64,000 bases of DNA from the human T2T-CHM13v2.0 reference genome, Homo sapiens, in NCBI RefSeq assembly GCF_009914755.1, contig NC_060947.1, one strand, 5' to 3'. Position numbers and translations under genes: made by a program. Positions 1 to 15,020 of this stretch are shown here, one piece after another; positions within the stretch are counted from its first letter, which is position 1; each line of letters begins with the position of its first letter. The notes beneath the pieces are model-generated. The model had not been told where the DNA came from and did no database searches. It was given only the letters and a program-made list of their open reading frames with translations.

Positions 1-3000
1 TATCTGGGGGTTGCTAGTCTGCTAAGAGTTAATGCTTCATTTTCAGACAGGGAACATTTAAACTATGCGATTTTATGATATATAAATTAGATAAGATAGT
101 GAATGGTACAAAATCTATATTTTGTTGGCTGTTGTACAAATATAACCTTATATCAGACAGTATAGAGCAAATTACATATACATATATATACACACACATA
201 ATGTTAACAACTTCTAATTTCTTGTATTTGCTCCTTTTTTGTTGTGAATTTTGCAGAAAGAACAATTAAGTATAGTATTTTAACTTGTCTCATTTTCTTT
301 TGGTGACTTTGGCATTTTAAAATTTGCTTTTTTTTTATTAGAGAGTTTTCCTACTAACACAAGGATAAGTTTAGATTCATAAATAACTATAATTTTAAGT
401 GCAAAAATGCATATGACCAAAAGTGATACGTCTGCTATTAGTGAAAGATTTAAGTCAAAATGAACAAAACCCATCTCTCTTAATAAAGTGAAATAGCAAA
501 TTTAAACAATTTGACTTTTCACATTGTATGTATTGTCAAATTGGTTTTAAAAAACAGATTATATACTTAGTATGACATTTTGCTACAGTTCATATTTCAA
601 GTGCAAGTTTGTGGAATGGAGAGTATGATTCTTAAAATAACCTCAAATGCACTGTAAATTATAAATTTCTAGTACACGATAAACAGGATGTGTTGTTTAC
701 AACTGTTTAGATCCACTAAATATTTGTAGATTTGCTTCCTCAGCTAGAGCAGGAACATACTGGCTATAACTCCCTGCCTTGTTCAATAACTTCCAGTAAT
801 TATCAGGAATAAAATGCAGTAAATTTATGTAATAGACTGCCCCTTTGCTATAATATACAATCAGAGGCGATCAATGCTTCTTAAAATAAGGAGAAGAATT
901 ACAACTGTGTTTTATTTTATAGCTTTGGTAATACAGCTTTGAAAACCACCAGAGGGAGTAGAGTTAAACTTCAGTGGTCAAATTCCATTGCCATAAAACA
1001 TAGCCTCAGGCTGACATTTTACAAAGTAGCAACGCAACAAAGGGCTGTGTACTTCTTAACAGACTATTTTATTTGTTCACTCATCTAGGTAGTCAGACTT
1101 CCACGTTTTGCTGCTCTTTTAGTTCATACGCCTGGAATAATTATAATCTCTCTGAATATAATAAGTATAATCAAGTTTAACCTTTGACCACATCATTGGA
1201 AGAGGGGAGGGTTAGACCTAGTTGATAATGAGACCTCCAGTGTTGCAGTAACCCCCACTGACTTGTTCATTACAAAGTTATATTTGTCACAGTTTTAGAA
1301 ATATATTTTCATTGTGGTTTAAATAAAGGCATTGTTGAGCCCTGCCTAGTTATGCTTAAAGTATAATTATACGCTACATATCTTGGTAAGTAAATGAAAG
1401 ACTTTTCTTGGTTGTTTGTTATAAATTTCTATTTTGCCTGTAGCTAAGTGAAGGCCAGGCCTCTAAAGTGTTTCAAGTATAATGCACAGTGAATATAAAA
1501 CAGTCCATTAATTGGGATAATAGGTCCCAGCATGTAATTGCATTTCTTAGGTACTATGGATAGCAACTGAGTGAAGTGGTATTTATTCAAGGTTGTTAGT
1601 CACCCGTGGATAACTTTATTTGTCCACTGATGCTTAAATAAATGCATCATCCATCAGTAAGAATATTTATGAAGAAATTTATAACAAAAATCATTATTGC
1701 GTCTCAAATTATGAAAGGAAACAGTATATAAAAGTTACTGAAGAATACCACAATAAAATCTTGCCAGTGCCTCAGGTTACTTGCTTTTATGTTGGTGGAC
1801 CGTAAAATATTGTGGAAACTCAAGAACAAGTGTGAACCAAACACCTTTACTGTACTTTTTTTCATGTGCTACCCAACAAAATATCTGTAAGACATGAGGT
1901 AAATTCCATCAGCATTTTTCAGCCCCATGAACATGCAGTTTTAAGAAAAAAACAATTTGCCAACAGACAACCTGTCAATGTACCACAAACCTTTACAATC
2001 TCAAATAATGTATGTGTGACGCTTTGTTTACCATTGTAAAAACATTTGCTTTGGTTTTCATTTAATAGGCTATTGGCTCTTTCTAAGATGCTAAAAATCA
2101 CATGTTCTATTTTATCATATGGAAGCCTCCACAACTCACTGAAAAATAGTCAAGGAGTCCCAGAGTTCCGTGAGCTCAAGCTGATTACACTCTTTCCCAG
2201 AAATTATTGGCAAGGCTGAAGGGAAGGGCTCAGAACTTTGATCCATCACCCTTCCCGACTCCTCGGTATTCCCACTTCACCTTCATTATGTGCTTTGAGG
2301 CTATCTGAATAAATCTCATAAATGTCATTTGTCCTGTATACATCGGTCCCTGAAAGAAGTCCAGTATTACTAGTATCCTAGATCATCCTATTCCTGACTG
2401 CAATCCCTATGAAGCTCTATGGACTGTGAGGCAATACATCCACCTCATCCTCCAAATGACTTCCTATTTCTTTGCTTTATCCTTCCTGTTTATTTGCTTT
2501 ACTTCTTTACTATCCACCAACTTTTTATTTTTTAAATAATTTATGTATTTGTTTATTTTCTGTCATAGTAGATGCACTCGAAGTATTTTTTTAATGGCTG
2601 ACTGAATGACTAAATGAGTTTCTTCCCTCTCTTTGGTGTAAAATAAATATTTCTAGAATTAAAATGGAGAGAATATCTATTGAAAGAGCACTTTGTGAAG
2701 CTTCAAAGGAGAATGCATAACATCTTGCTGGGCTATTGAGCAACGCTTGGGAAACAGAAATGTTTCTCCTACCAGTACTAGAAATTTTTTGTACTTGTTG
2801 TGTTATTGATCACATCATGCCCATAAATATGAGAACCATCTTGTTTATTGATGTGAGAAGTCTTTGCTGCTTCTGGTGTTTCTGTTAGACTATAATAGTT
2901 CGCACTGTCTAGGTTTTCCTCATCCTGTGTTTATGTGTAATCTTTCACATAGGTTAGGATGTGAATAATATAACACAAGTAAGGATTACTTAGCCCAGGA

Positions 3001-3685
3001 ACTTTTAAAATTTAAATTGATATAGCAACTTAATTCAGATCAAAATTCAAGTTATCCCCCTTTTCTCAATTGTATTAAGAATTTAGAATATTGATATGAG
3101 ATCATAAAGCTATTGGGTAAAGAAATGAAAATTGAGGAAACAATCTGTTAAGGGTTATGCCAATTTCACCGGCAAATTTACTCTTAGATACAAATGAACC
3201 AGTGTTCTAAGAGTCCTGGCATTTCCCTTTCAACTATAGAATAAATATGAGACAGAGATTAGTTACTTTATGCTTAAAAGATTGCAGATGCATTTCATTT
3301 TAAAAAAGAGAGATTGACTTATTCTCCAGGTTTTGCTAGGAGTAAACATTTTTCTAAAGAAAAAGAGTACACAAATGTTCTATTATAACACTGGATAGCA
3401 AGACAAATAGAAGATTTAAAAACTTAGTGGACAGAAATTTCTAATTTTAAAATTACATTTCATTTATAATCTAGCATAATATCATCATTAACTAATGTTG
3501 ATAAGTCTTTAATAGGTTTCATGTTTCTGTATCTTTTCCACAACAAGTGAGGAGGGAGAGGCATTATGTTTATGATATGGTATTCTTAAACCTCTTGGTG
3601 AACTGTCACATTTCTGGAAAATATAATAAGATACACTGTCTCTTGGACTCTTATTTGGCATAATCATTAAAATTAGAATAACTGT

Positions 3686-4097
<412 letters not shown>

Positions 4098-4567
4098 TTA
4101 AACAATAAAAGTAAGATACCATTAAGTCTTCTAATGTGGTATACCTAAAGAAGTTTTCAGTGAAAAAACTCCATCTGTTCTGTCCCCAGAACATCCTTGA
4201 GAGAAAACAGGCAGTCAAATCTGTCATTAAATAATATACTGATATCCCTATCTTAGGACAGCTCTTTCTCTGCAGAGCTTCCTTCCATTATGAAGTTTCT
4301 TTATTTTCATTTGAAACATAAGTTGAATTAAAATCTACTTTCTTAAGAAGTACCAGTGAAGGATTTTGAAATTACATTGTCTTTTACAGTGTATATCCCT
4401 TTTAATGTCTGTACATCAACTTAAAGTTTGTATTATACATCTCTCCTCAGAATGCTATTTGCATGTGGAATAGTGCCATCCATATTAACACGTACACAAT
4501 ACAGACTACAAATTTTACTTATGGTAGACTCAAAGATGTGTCATTCAAGGCCTTCAAAGAAGAATAT

Positions 4568-4983
4568 TGTATTAAGCTGTTTTGTGTTGCTATAAAAAAA
4601 TACCTGAGGCTTGGTAATTTACAAGGAAAAGAGGTTTAATTGGTTCACTGTTCTGTAGGCAATACAAGAAGCATGTTGTTGGCATCTCCTCCTGGTTAGG
4701 GCCTCAGGGAGCTTACAATCATGGCAGAAGGCAAATGGGGAGGCAGCATATCACGTGGCAAGAGGGAACAAGAAAGAGAGGAGGAGGAATTGCCACACTC
4801 TGAAACAACCAGACATCCTGTGAACTAACTGAGTGAGAACTCACTCATCACAAAAGGGATGGCACTAAGCCATTCATGAGGGATCCACCCCCATGATCCA
4901 ACAATTCCCACCAGACCCCACCTCCAACATTGGGGATCACATTTCAACATGAGATTTGGAGGGGACACACATCCAAACTGTCA
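4568..4983 (-). mobile_element. MaLR solo LTR (MSTA/MSTB-like)
   Basis: TGTATTA..GTTGCTATAAA..TACCTGAGG..GGTAATTTA..AAAAGAGGTTTAATTGG..ATTTCAACATGAGATTTGGAGGGGACA..ATCCAAAC: reverse of the MST LTR consensus as recalled. Confidence 0.85.
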
Positions 4984-5589
4984 CCCTTGTTGCCCTTAAC
5001 CGTCAACTCCTCTAGCTGGTGCCTCAACCACAGGGAATCATCCCGTGTGAGGTCATATGCTTCCAGTGGAATATGCAGTGACTGAAGTTGGGTGTAAACT
5101 TCCAATCATTCTGGTCCACGCTGGGACAAACATAAGCTACATAACTCCTGGTGGAAATGATTAAAAGTTTATGGGGTCTGCACCACAGTTAGACTTCATC
5201 CTGTGTGAATTCTCCATCCTTTTCCTCCCTTCCAAATCTTAGCACCTGGTTCCAGAGACCCTCAATCGAAAACAATACTTTTTATACCTCTAGATTCTCA
5301 TGCAAATCTGACTAGACTTTTGATCTTTTTCTATGTATAGATTCTCTAGTAAACTCACACTTTCCTCTTAAGCCTTCATTATTAATGTCAAAAAGGATGA
5401 CTTTACCTTCAAAAATATGAACTATAATGACGGTCACATGTGGCAAACTTCTTTATGTATTCACCACATGAAAATGCTCCGTAAGTGCTAAAATGTTGTA
5501 CAAGCAAAAGTAAGTCATATAATCTCTGAACATTCCTTGTGCTCTCCCTCCAGATCATATCTTGTCAACCATCGGCTACTTGTACAAAA

Positions 5590-5750
5590 AGATCAGAGAG
5601 TTCAAATGGTGGAGGAGAGAGCTCCAAGGGCTCATATCCTCAATGAAACTCAGAAAAAATTGAGCAAGAACTGTGAAAATCAACCTTTTTGGAACTCTTA
5701 AAAATAAACAAAGGTTTACAGCAACCAAGTAACTACTGAGTTAAGAAAAA
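5590..5750 (+). mobile_element. Old L1M 5' region fragment
   Basis: GAGCAAGAACTGTGAAAATCAACCTTTTTGGAACTCT..AAACAAAGGTTTACAGCAACCAAG resembles L1M 5' UTR consensus. Confidence 0.5.
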
Positions 5751-5751
5751 G

Positions 5752-6250
5752 ACCTCATATATAAGTGAGATCACGCAGTATTTGTCTGTGTCTGGCTTAT
5801 TTCACTTAGTATGATGTCCTCCAGGTTCATCCCCACATTGTCACTAATGGAAAGATTTCCTTCTATTTTATGGCTGAATATCATTTCATTCTGTATATCT
5901 ATGTATTTATGACATTTATACATATTATATATATATTATGCATACATACATACATATTACTACATGTACACACACATATCATATTTTCATCTATTGATCG
6001 ACACTTAGTTTGGATCTTATTTATTGTGAAGAATGCTACAATGAATATAAGAGCACAGATACACAGATTTCATGTCCTTTAGATATGTACCCAGTGGTGG
6101 AATTGCTGAATCATATGGTAGTCCTATTTTTAGTTTTATGAGGAACCTCTATACTATTAATAATGGCTATATCAGTTTATATTTCCACCAAGAGTTTATA
6201 AGAGTTTGCTTTTCTTCAAATCCTTGCGAATACTTGTTATCTCTGTCTTT
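5752..6250 (-). mobile_element. L1MA/L1MB 3' fragment
   Basis: ATAAGTGAGATCA..GTCTGGCTTATTTCACTTAG..TCCTCCAGGTTCATCC..ATACCCAGTGGTGGAATTGCTG: antisense L1 ORF2 end/3' UTR. Confidence 0.85.
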
Positions 6251-6369
6251 TTGTTCATACGAAAACTTGTACAACTTGTCCTGGCCTATGCTTTTTCTGC
6301 TTCCCTCTGCTTAGTTCTGACAGGGTAAACACAAAGGAAAAAAAAGAAAGAAAAAAGAAAAAAATCCAA

Positions 6370-7125
<756 letters not shown>

Positions 7126-7136
7126 AAGGCAGAAGA

Positions 7137-7438
<302 letters not shown>

Positions 7439-7501
7439 GGCAGAAGAAAGGTTTTAAAGAATATAATAGAATTCAGTATTACACAATGTTTCACATAGTA
7501 G

Positions 7502-7890
7502 TGTTTAATTAAGTTTAGCCAAAAGCCACCTCTTTACATATTTTAAAGGTTTCTCCATACACAGTGAACTATAACCTAACTTGATGTGTAAACAGACTGT
7601 AACCTACTCTTGTGCCAGTCCCTGAGTTTTAGCCAATAGAGGACAGCCAACTGTTCAAACCATGTTCAAATAAGACAAACAGCAAGCTGTAGCCAATCTG
7701 GCTGTTTCTATACCTCACTTCCATTTCTGTACTTCACTTTCCTTTTTCTGTCCACAAATCTTCTTCCACCATAAGGCAGGCTGGATCCTCTCTGAACCTA
7801 TTTTGGTTCAGAGGCTTCCCAATTCACGAATCATTCTTTGCTCAATTAAACTCTGCTAAATTTAATTTGTCTAAGGTTTTTCTTTTAACG
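7502..7890 (+). mobile_element. ERV1 solo LTR (MER57B-like)
   Basis: Starts TGTTTAATTAAGTTTAGCC, ends GGTTTTTCTTTTAACG. 4-bp TSD GTAG at 7498-7501 and 7891-7894. Confidence 0.85.
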
Positions 7891-8816
7891 GTAGGTTCAA
7901 TAAATTTTGCTTAATACAGTGAGTTGCTCTCTTCATGGTAAAGTCCTGGTTATTCACAAGCTTGCCTCTCTTCTCCTAAGTCCTCTAAAAAAATGGAGAG
8001 AATGGAATATTTACTACTACTGTAAATAATGATAACATTTCTGTGGCAATTTATAACATATAAAGCTTTTTAAAATCAATTATTTTATTTCATTTGTTAA
8101 ACGCCCCAAGTATGCAGGCAAAGGACAATTATTATCATTATACAAATATTATTATTATTTTATAAATACTAATATTATAGATACTGTATTTTATATTTTT
8201 CATATTTTTATTAAAATATCAGGTTCACGTAAATTACATATCTCACAATTTTAAACAAATTGTGCTGCCTTTGTGAATCAATCTTCAGTGTTCTGTCTCA
8301 AATCCTTGGCTCTTAAAACAAGGGCAAGAAAAAGATGGGAGTTGAAATACAGTCCAGGAAATTGTTACTTGGAAATATTACCTGACCTTGGGTTGCTTCA
8401 TATGCACTGTATTTCTTTGTAGTTTCTGTATCTGGATCAGCTATGATGGAACATGTGGAATGCCTCAACTCCACTAAAGAAGGCTGAAATTAAAATTAAT
8501 CTTATCTTGTTAACTTACAGTTTTACACATAGCTAAAAAAAACAAAATATTTTCATGTCATATTTCCTGATCTCTCTACTAGGTATATAATCTTTCAACA
8601 TAGTCACTTAATATATTTTGTTAGTTTTCACAGTGTACTTCCTATAGGATTCCTACACAGAAAAATGCAGGGCATTTTGACGAAAGGTTTTTCCAAGTGT
8701 TGTTTGCTAAGATAACAGTTCAGTTTCACCAACGAACAAGTAAATCGTTTAAATTTGGGAAAAATATAGATACAATATCCAAATGCAAAAACTCAGGGCA
8801 GTTAAATTATGTGCAC

Positions 8817-10284
8817 TGCTGACAAAAAGAGTCAAATTCTGCACAATATTTGAAGAGATTTATTCTGAGCCAAATATGAGTGACCAATGGCCCATGACAC
8901 AGCCCTCAGGAGAGCCTGAGAAGCTGTTCCCAAGGTGGTCGGGCTACAGTTTGGTTTTATACATTTTAGGGAGACATAATACATCAATCAATATATGTAA
9001 GATGTACATTGGTTCTATCAGAGGCATTTCAACCAGAGCGACTCCATCTTGAATAGAGGCTGGGTAAAATGAGGTTGAGACCTGCTGGGCCACATTCCCA
9101 GCAGGTTAGGCATTCTTAGTCACAGGATATTATAGTTAAGGAAACAAGTTAATAATGTTTATAAAATAGACCCCAAACTTAACAGACCCAGGAAATAACA
9201 GACAAAGGCAATGTCCTGATGTCCCGATATCTTAAGAACAAAAGCATCCTTACTTTAAGAATAAGTTTCACTTTAATGATTATAAAATGTATTCATGCAG
9301 AAGACAGTAGTTACACAAAGATTAACAATCCTTTGTCACAGCGCCTGTAGTAGAGCACATCTCTCCCATGATTTTTTGCTTTGTTTTCTTATAAATAAAC
9401 AAGCATTGTACCTAAGGTGAGCGTGTTCCTCCTCTTGCTTTTGAGAATGCCCTGCTCTGTCTGTGGAGTAGCTGTTCTTCCATTCCTTTACTTTCTTAAT
9501 AAACTTGCTTTCACTTTACTCTGTGGACTTGCCCCAGATTCTTTCTTGTGCAAGATCCAAGAGCCATCTCTTGAAATCTGTATCAGGACCCTTTTCCTGC
9601 AACAGTTCAGTACAGAAAGGTGGGACAACTCAGAGCAATGGGGGACTTCCAGGTCATGAGTAGATTCAAAGATTTTCTGATTGGCAATTGGTTGAAAGAG
9701 GTAAGTTATTGTCTAAAAACCCAGAATCAATAGAAGGGGATGTCTGGATTGAGATAACGGGTTGTGGAGACCAAGGTTCCTGTTACATAGGGGAAGCCTC
9801 CAGGTAGCAAGCTTCAGAGAAAATAGATTGTAAATGTTTCTTATCAGAGTTGATTCTCTCCTGGACAAGGAAAAAGTCCTGGAAAAGACAGATGATTCTC
9901 TTCAGAATGTATATTTTCCCCTCAAGAGATGGCTTTGCAGGACTATTTCAAGATATGACAAAGAAACATATTTGGGGTAAAATACTTTGACTTATTTCAG
10001 GGTCTCGTATCTTTCATGTGATGCTATACTAGAGTCAGGCTGGAATTTGGTGTCTCATTGCTATAAAGAGTCTGCTTTGTCAGTCTTAAGATCTGTTTTA
10101 ATGTTAACGCTGGTCAGCTGTGCCTGAATTCCAAAAGGGAGGAGGGAATAATGTGGCATATCCAACCCCAGCTTCCCATCATGGCCTGATCTAGTTTTTC
10201 AGGTTAACTTTGGAATTCCCTTGGCCAAGAGGAGAGGTCAATTCAGATGGTTGAGGGGCTTAGAATTTTAGTTTTGGTTTACAG
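8817..10284 (-). mobile_element. ERV1 solo LTR (MER4B/D-like), split by a MER41 insertion
   Basis: TGCTGACAAAAAGAGTCAAA..TTTATTCTGAGCCAAATATGAGTGACC.. through GGGGCTTAGAATTTTAGTTTTTGGTTTACA (reverse of the MER4 start). Flanks GCAC/GCAA. Confidence 0.85.
9016..9604 (+). mobile_element. ERV1 solo LTR (MER41 family), nested in MER4 LTR
   Basis: Starts TATCAGAGGCATTTCAACCAGAGCGACTCCATCTTGAATAG, has AATAAACTTGCTTTCACTTTACTCTG, ends CAACA. TSD GTTC at 9012-9015 and 9605-9608. Confidence 0.9.
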
Positions 10285-10360
10285 CAACCAAGTTAAAAGT
10301 GTGTGCTCCAGTGAGAAATAGGCCACAAAAATATCAGAAGTTTATCTCAACGTGTACAAT

Positions 10361-11015
10361 TGAGGCAGGAGAATAGGGTCTGGAGACAGGGAACTTAAGG
10401 CCAATTTGTGCTAACTTCCTAAAAGAAATAACACCAAGGTCTGGGGGCAGGAAATCTAAGGCCAATTTGCACTGACTTCCCAAAGCTGGATCAAAAGGAA
10501 AACACCTGGGTCTGGGGGCAGGCAATCTAAGGCCAATTAACACAAACTTCTTAAAGCTAAACCAAAATAGAAAAACCCAATTTCCCCATGCCTAGTAACA
10601 AGGGATCAAAGGCTACTCTCCCTAAAATCCTTCCCCTTCCACCACATCTCAGATGGGAAAGGAGAGTGCCTTAGACTGGCCGCAGGCCAACCAGAGACCA
10701 TCCCTTTATCTGCATAGGGCACCAATTCACCTCAGCCTTTAGCCACAGACCAAATCTTTCATCCAGATAAGGGGTAGCCGATAAGAACCTCAAAGGGGGT
10801 ACTTAAAGCCTGGAAAAGTTTGTAACTGGGCTCTTAAGCCACTTGCTCGGGCCCACTGCCACCCTGCGGAGTGCTTTCTCGATTTCATAAATTCCTGCTT
10901 TCGCTGCTTCATCCCCGCATTTCATGCCTCTGCTACTTAGTGCGTTTTGTTCAATTATTTGTTTAAAATGCGAAGGACCTGGACAACTCGTAGTCAAGAC
11001 CCTCCACTGGCAACA
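10361..11015 (+). mobile_element. ERV1 solo LTR (LTR15/MER51-related)
   Basis: TGAGGCAGGAGAATAGGGTCTGGAG...GGCAACA with TG..CA ends. TSD CAAT at 10357-10360 and 11016-11019. Three diverged internal repeats in U3. Confidence 0.8.
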
Positions 11016-11408
11016 CAATAAACAAACTGTGAGTATTTAGGATATTTCTATTCTTTCACAAAGGTCTTTTTAAAAAAATTATAATGAATGGTTAATCAGT
11101 ATTCAGTAACTGAACAATGTTGGGGCCAAGGGAAAACTTCTTTACCCTCTGAAAGTTCTCTGAAAATAACTGACAAGAGGCAGATTAGTAGGAGAAAAGA
11201 CATACAAATGTATTTAACATGTACATGGGAGCCTTCAAAATGAAGATCCACTCCCAATGGGGTGCAGAAATTTATATACCATCTTGAGGTTACTGAAAGA
11301 ATGGGGGCTTGGATTCTGGCAAAGCAGGTTATGGGAATGGGAGAAAAATTCTGTTGGTGGGGGGCAATAAATGATTACTAGGGAGAATGAATGAATTGAG
11401 GAACAGAG

Positions 11409-11863
11409 TTTCATGCGTGTCCGTGTGAAGAGACCACCAAACAGGCTTTGTGTGAGCAACATGGCTGTTTATTTCACCTGGGTGCAGGCGGGCTGAGTCC
11501 GAAAAGAGAGTCAGCGAACGGAGATAGGGGTGGGGCCGTTTTATAGGATGTGGGTAGGTAAAGGAAAATTACAGTCAAAGGAGGGTTGTTCTCTGGTGGG
11601 CAGGAGTGGGGGGGTCGCAAGGTGCTCAGTGGGGGTGCTTTTTGAGCCAGGATAAGCCAGGAAAAGGACTTTCACAAGGTAATGTTATCACTTAAGGCAA
11701 GGACCGGCCATTTACACTTCTTTTGTGGTGGAATGTCATTAGTTAAGGTGGGGCAAGGCATATTCACTTCTTTTGTGATTCTTCAGTTACTTCAGGCCAT
11801 CTGGGCGTATATGTGCAAGTCACAGGGGATGCGATGGCTTGGCTTGGGCTCAGAGGTCCGACA
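11409..11863 (-). promoter_or_regulatory. HERV-H 3' LTR (LTR7) with poly(A) signal
   Basis: Reverse reads TGTCGGACCTCTGAGCCCAAGCC...GCATGAAA. AATAAA at 11468-11473. Preceded by PPT AAGAAGGCAGGAA (11864-11876). Confidence 0.95.
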
Positions 11864-13833
11864 TTCCTGCCTTCTTATATTAATAAGAAAAATAAAACAA
11901 AATAGTGTTGAAGTGTTGGGGCAGCGAAAATTTTTGGGGGGTGGTATGGAGAGAGAATGGGCGATGTTTCTCAGGGCTGCTTCGAGTGGGGTTAGGGGCG
12001 GCGTGGGAACCTAGAGTGGGAGAGATTAAGCTGAAGGGAGGCCTTGAGGTAAGTGGTGATACTGTGGGGATGTTAGAAGAAACATTTGTCGTATAGAATG
12101 ATTGGTGATGGCCTGGATACGGTTTTGGATGAATTGAGAAACTAAATGGAATAACAGAAGGAGAAAGACAGGTATAAAAGGTCTAAGAATTGGGAGGACC
12201 TAGGGCATCTGATTAGAGAGTGCCTAAGGAGATTCAGCATAGTCCTGCCAGCAAAGATTATTTATTTAGTTCAAGAGTTAAGAGTGGCAGTTTGGCGATA
12301 GCACCAGGAGATATCAGCTGTGATGGCTTGGAGAAACAGTGTAAACTGGCAGTGTAAACAAGAGCAGGGCATGTATGAGTAGTTGAGAACGGTGAATAGG
12401 AGTATGACTAGACAGAAGATAGTAGGGATGACAAGTTTTTTGGGGCACTGTCTAAGTTGGTCTGGTGTCTGGAATGAGACTGGGGCCTAATAAAAAGGAG
12501 CGTCTATACAGGGGCTTAAATGGGCTGTACCCTGTAGCATTCCGAGGACAGGCCTGAATTCTGAGAAGGGAAAGTGGTAAAAGTATTGTCCAGTCCTTTT
12601 TGGTGGCTGAGCTTGGTGAGGTGTGTTTTTAAAAGGCCTTTAGTCCATTCTACTTTTCTTGAAGACGGAGGACCGTAAGGGATATAAAGGTTTCACTGAA
12701 TACTAAGAGCCTGAAAAACTGCTTGGCTGATTTGACTAATAAAGGCTTATCTGTTATCAGACTGTATTGAGGTGGGAAGGCTAAACTGAGGAATTATGTC
12801 TGACAGAACGGAAGAAATGACTGCGGTGGCCTTCTCAGACCCTGTAGGAAAGGCCTCTACCTATCCAGTGAAAGTATCTACCTAGACTAAGAGGTATTTT
12901 AGTTTCCTGACTCGGGCATGTTGAGTAAAGCTAATTTGCTAGTCCTGGGTGGGGCAAATCCTGGAGCTTGATGTGTAGGGAACGGAGGGGGCCTGAACAA
13001 TCCCTGAGGAGTAGTAGAATAGCAGATGGAACACTAAGTTATTTCCTTGAGGATAGACTTCCACGATGGAAAGGAAATGAGAGGTTCTAAGAGGCGGGGG
13101 GCTAGTGGCTTGTACTATAGTATAACCTGCCTTTGCTGGTGTGTGGCGATTAGGCCTGGTGGAACCGCCATCAATAAATCAAGCATGATCAGGGTGAGGA
13201 ACAGGAAAGAAGAAGGAAATATGGGGAAATGGGGTGAATATCAGGTGGATCAGAAAGATACAGTCATGGGGGTCAGGTGTGGTATCAGGAATAATGTGCA
13301 AGGCCAGACTGAAGTCCAGGCCAGGAACAATGGTAATTGTGGGACTTAAAGAGTGAGTACAGCTGAAGGAGCCAGGGAGCAGAAAGTATATGCATCAGGT
13401 ATGAGGAAGAAAATAGATTTTGGAAGTTATGAGAAGTGTAGAGAGTGAGTTGAGCATAGTCTGTGATTTTGAGGGCCTCTAAAAGTATTAAAGCAGCGGC
13501 AGCCGCTGCACGCAGACATGAGGGCTAGGCTAAAACAGTAAGGTCAAGTTCTTTGCACAGAAAGGCTACAGGGTGTGGTCCTGGCTCTTGTGTAAGAATT
13601 CTGACCACACTATGCCTAGGAAGGAAAGGAGTTGTTGTTTTGTAAGGGATTGAGGTTTGGGAGATTAATCGGACACGATCAGCAGGGAAAGCACGTATGT
13701 TTTTATGAGAATTATGCCGAGATAGGTAACAGATGAGGATGAAATTTGGGCTTGACTGAAGTAATGGGGGCTGTCTGTGAAGCCTTGCGGCAGTACAGCC
13801 TAGGAAATTTGCTGAGCCTAATGGGTGTCAGGG

Positions 13834-14229
13834 TCAGTCTAAGTGAAAGAAGAGAGGCTGGGATGAGGGGTGCAGGGGAATAGTGAAAAAAGCATCTTTA
13901 AGATCAAGCATGGAATAGTGAGTTGTGGAGGAAGGTATTGAGGACAAAAGAGTGTACGGGTTGGGCACCACAGGGTGGATAGGCAAAACAATTTGGTTGA
14001 TAAGATGGAGATCCTGAACTAACTTGTAAGGCTTGTCTGGTTTTAGGACAGGTAAAATGGGGGAATTGTACGGAGAGTTTATAGGCTTTAAAAGGCCATG
14101 CTGTAGCAGGTGAGTGATAACAAGCTTTAATCTTTTTAAAGCGTGCTGCGGGATGGGATATTGGCTTTGAGTGGGGTAAGGGTGATTAGGTTTTAATGAG
14201 ATGGTAAAGGGTGCATGATCGGTCACCAA
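13834..14229 (-). pseudogene. HERV-H pol (reverse transcriptase N-terminal) remnant
   Basis: ORF contains QYPIP, SPYNSPILPVLK, LVQDL and LDLKDAFFTIPLHP; frameshifted and stopped afterwards. Confidence 0.9.
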
Positions 14230-14382
14230 GGAGGGAGTACAGGTATCTTATACTTGTGGGTTAAGGTGGGGGGATACAAGAGGAGGACGCAAAGGAGGCT
14301 TTGGATTGGGAAGAAGGGCGGCAATGAGATGTAGCTGTAGTCCAGGAATAGTCAGGGAAGCAGATAATTTAGTTAAAGTGTC

Positions 14383-14607
14383 TCAGCCTAATAAGGGAAC
14401 TGGGCAGGTGGGGATAACTAAAAAGGAGTGCTTAAAAGAGTATTGTCTAAGTTGGCACCAGAGTTGGGGAGTTTTAAGAGGTTTAGAAGCCTGGCCATCA
14501 ATACCCACAACAGTTATGGAGGCAAGGGAAACAGGTCCTTGAAAAGAAGGTAATGTGGAGTGGGTAGCCTCCATATTGATTAAGAAGGGGACGGGCTTAC
14601 CTTCCAC
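14383..14607 (-). pseudogene. HERV-H protease remnant
   Basis: FLINMEATHS at the position of the DTGA active site (catalytic Asp lost); PTCPVPLLG C-terminal motif. Confidence 0.85.
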
Positions 14608-14783
14608 TGTGAGAGTTACCTGAAGCTCGGCGTCTGTGATGGTCTAGGGGGTTTCCGAGGTGATCGGGCAGTGTCAGTCTTCAGCCGCTAAGCCAAGAAG
14701 ATCTGGGAAGCAGTCAGAGAGCCTTGGGCCAGAGTTCCAGGGGTTCTGGGAGTGGCTGCCAGGTGAGTTGAACAGTCCGATTT

Positions 14784-15020
14784 TCAGTGGGGTCCCACAC
14801 AGATGGGATGCGGCTTAGGAGGAATCCCGGGCTGCGGGCATTCCTTGGCCCAGTGGCCAGATTTCTGGCATGTGTAGCAAGCTCCTGGGGGAGGGGGTTC
14901 TGGACGAATGCCTGGCTGCTGCGGTTCAGGAGTTTGGAAGTTCTTGTGTGCTGGAGATGTGGCTGGGGTTTGTCTCACAGTGGAGGCAAGGAATTGCAAC
15001 TTTTTTCTGTTATTGTACAC
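14784..15020 (-). pseudogene. HERV-H gag nucleocapsid remnant
   Basis: CCHC knuckle [14 protein letters not shown]; second knuckle degraded (HPICVGPH*). Confidence 0.9.

Noticed and set aside
1900-2190. Possible hAT/Charlie-type DNA transposon fragment
   Set aside because: Only a faint terminal resemblance; no TIR pair or TSD could be supported.
11682-12014. Duplicated ORF (also 16913-17122)
   Set aside because: Antisense translation of the two HERV-H LTRs.
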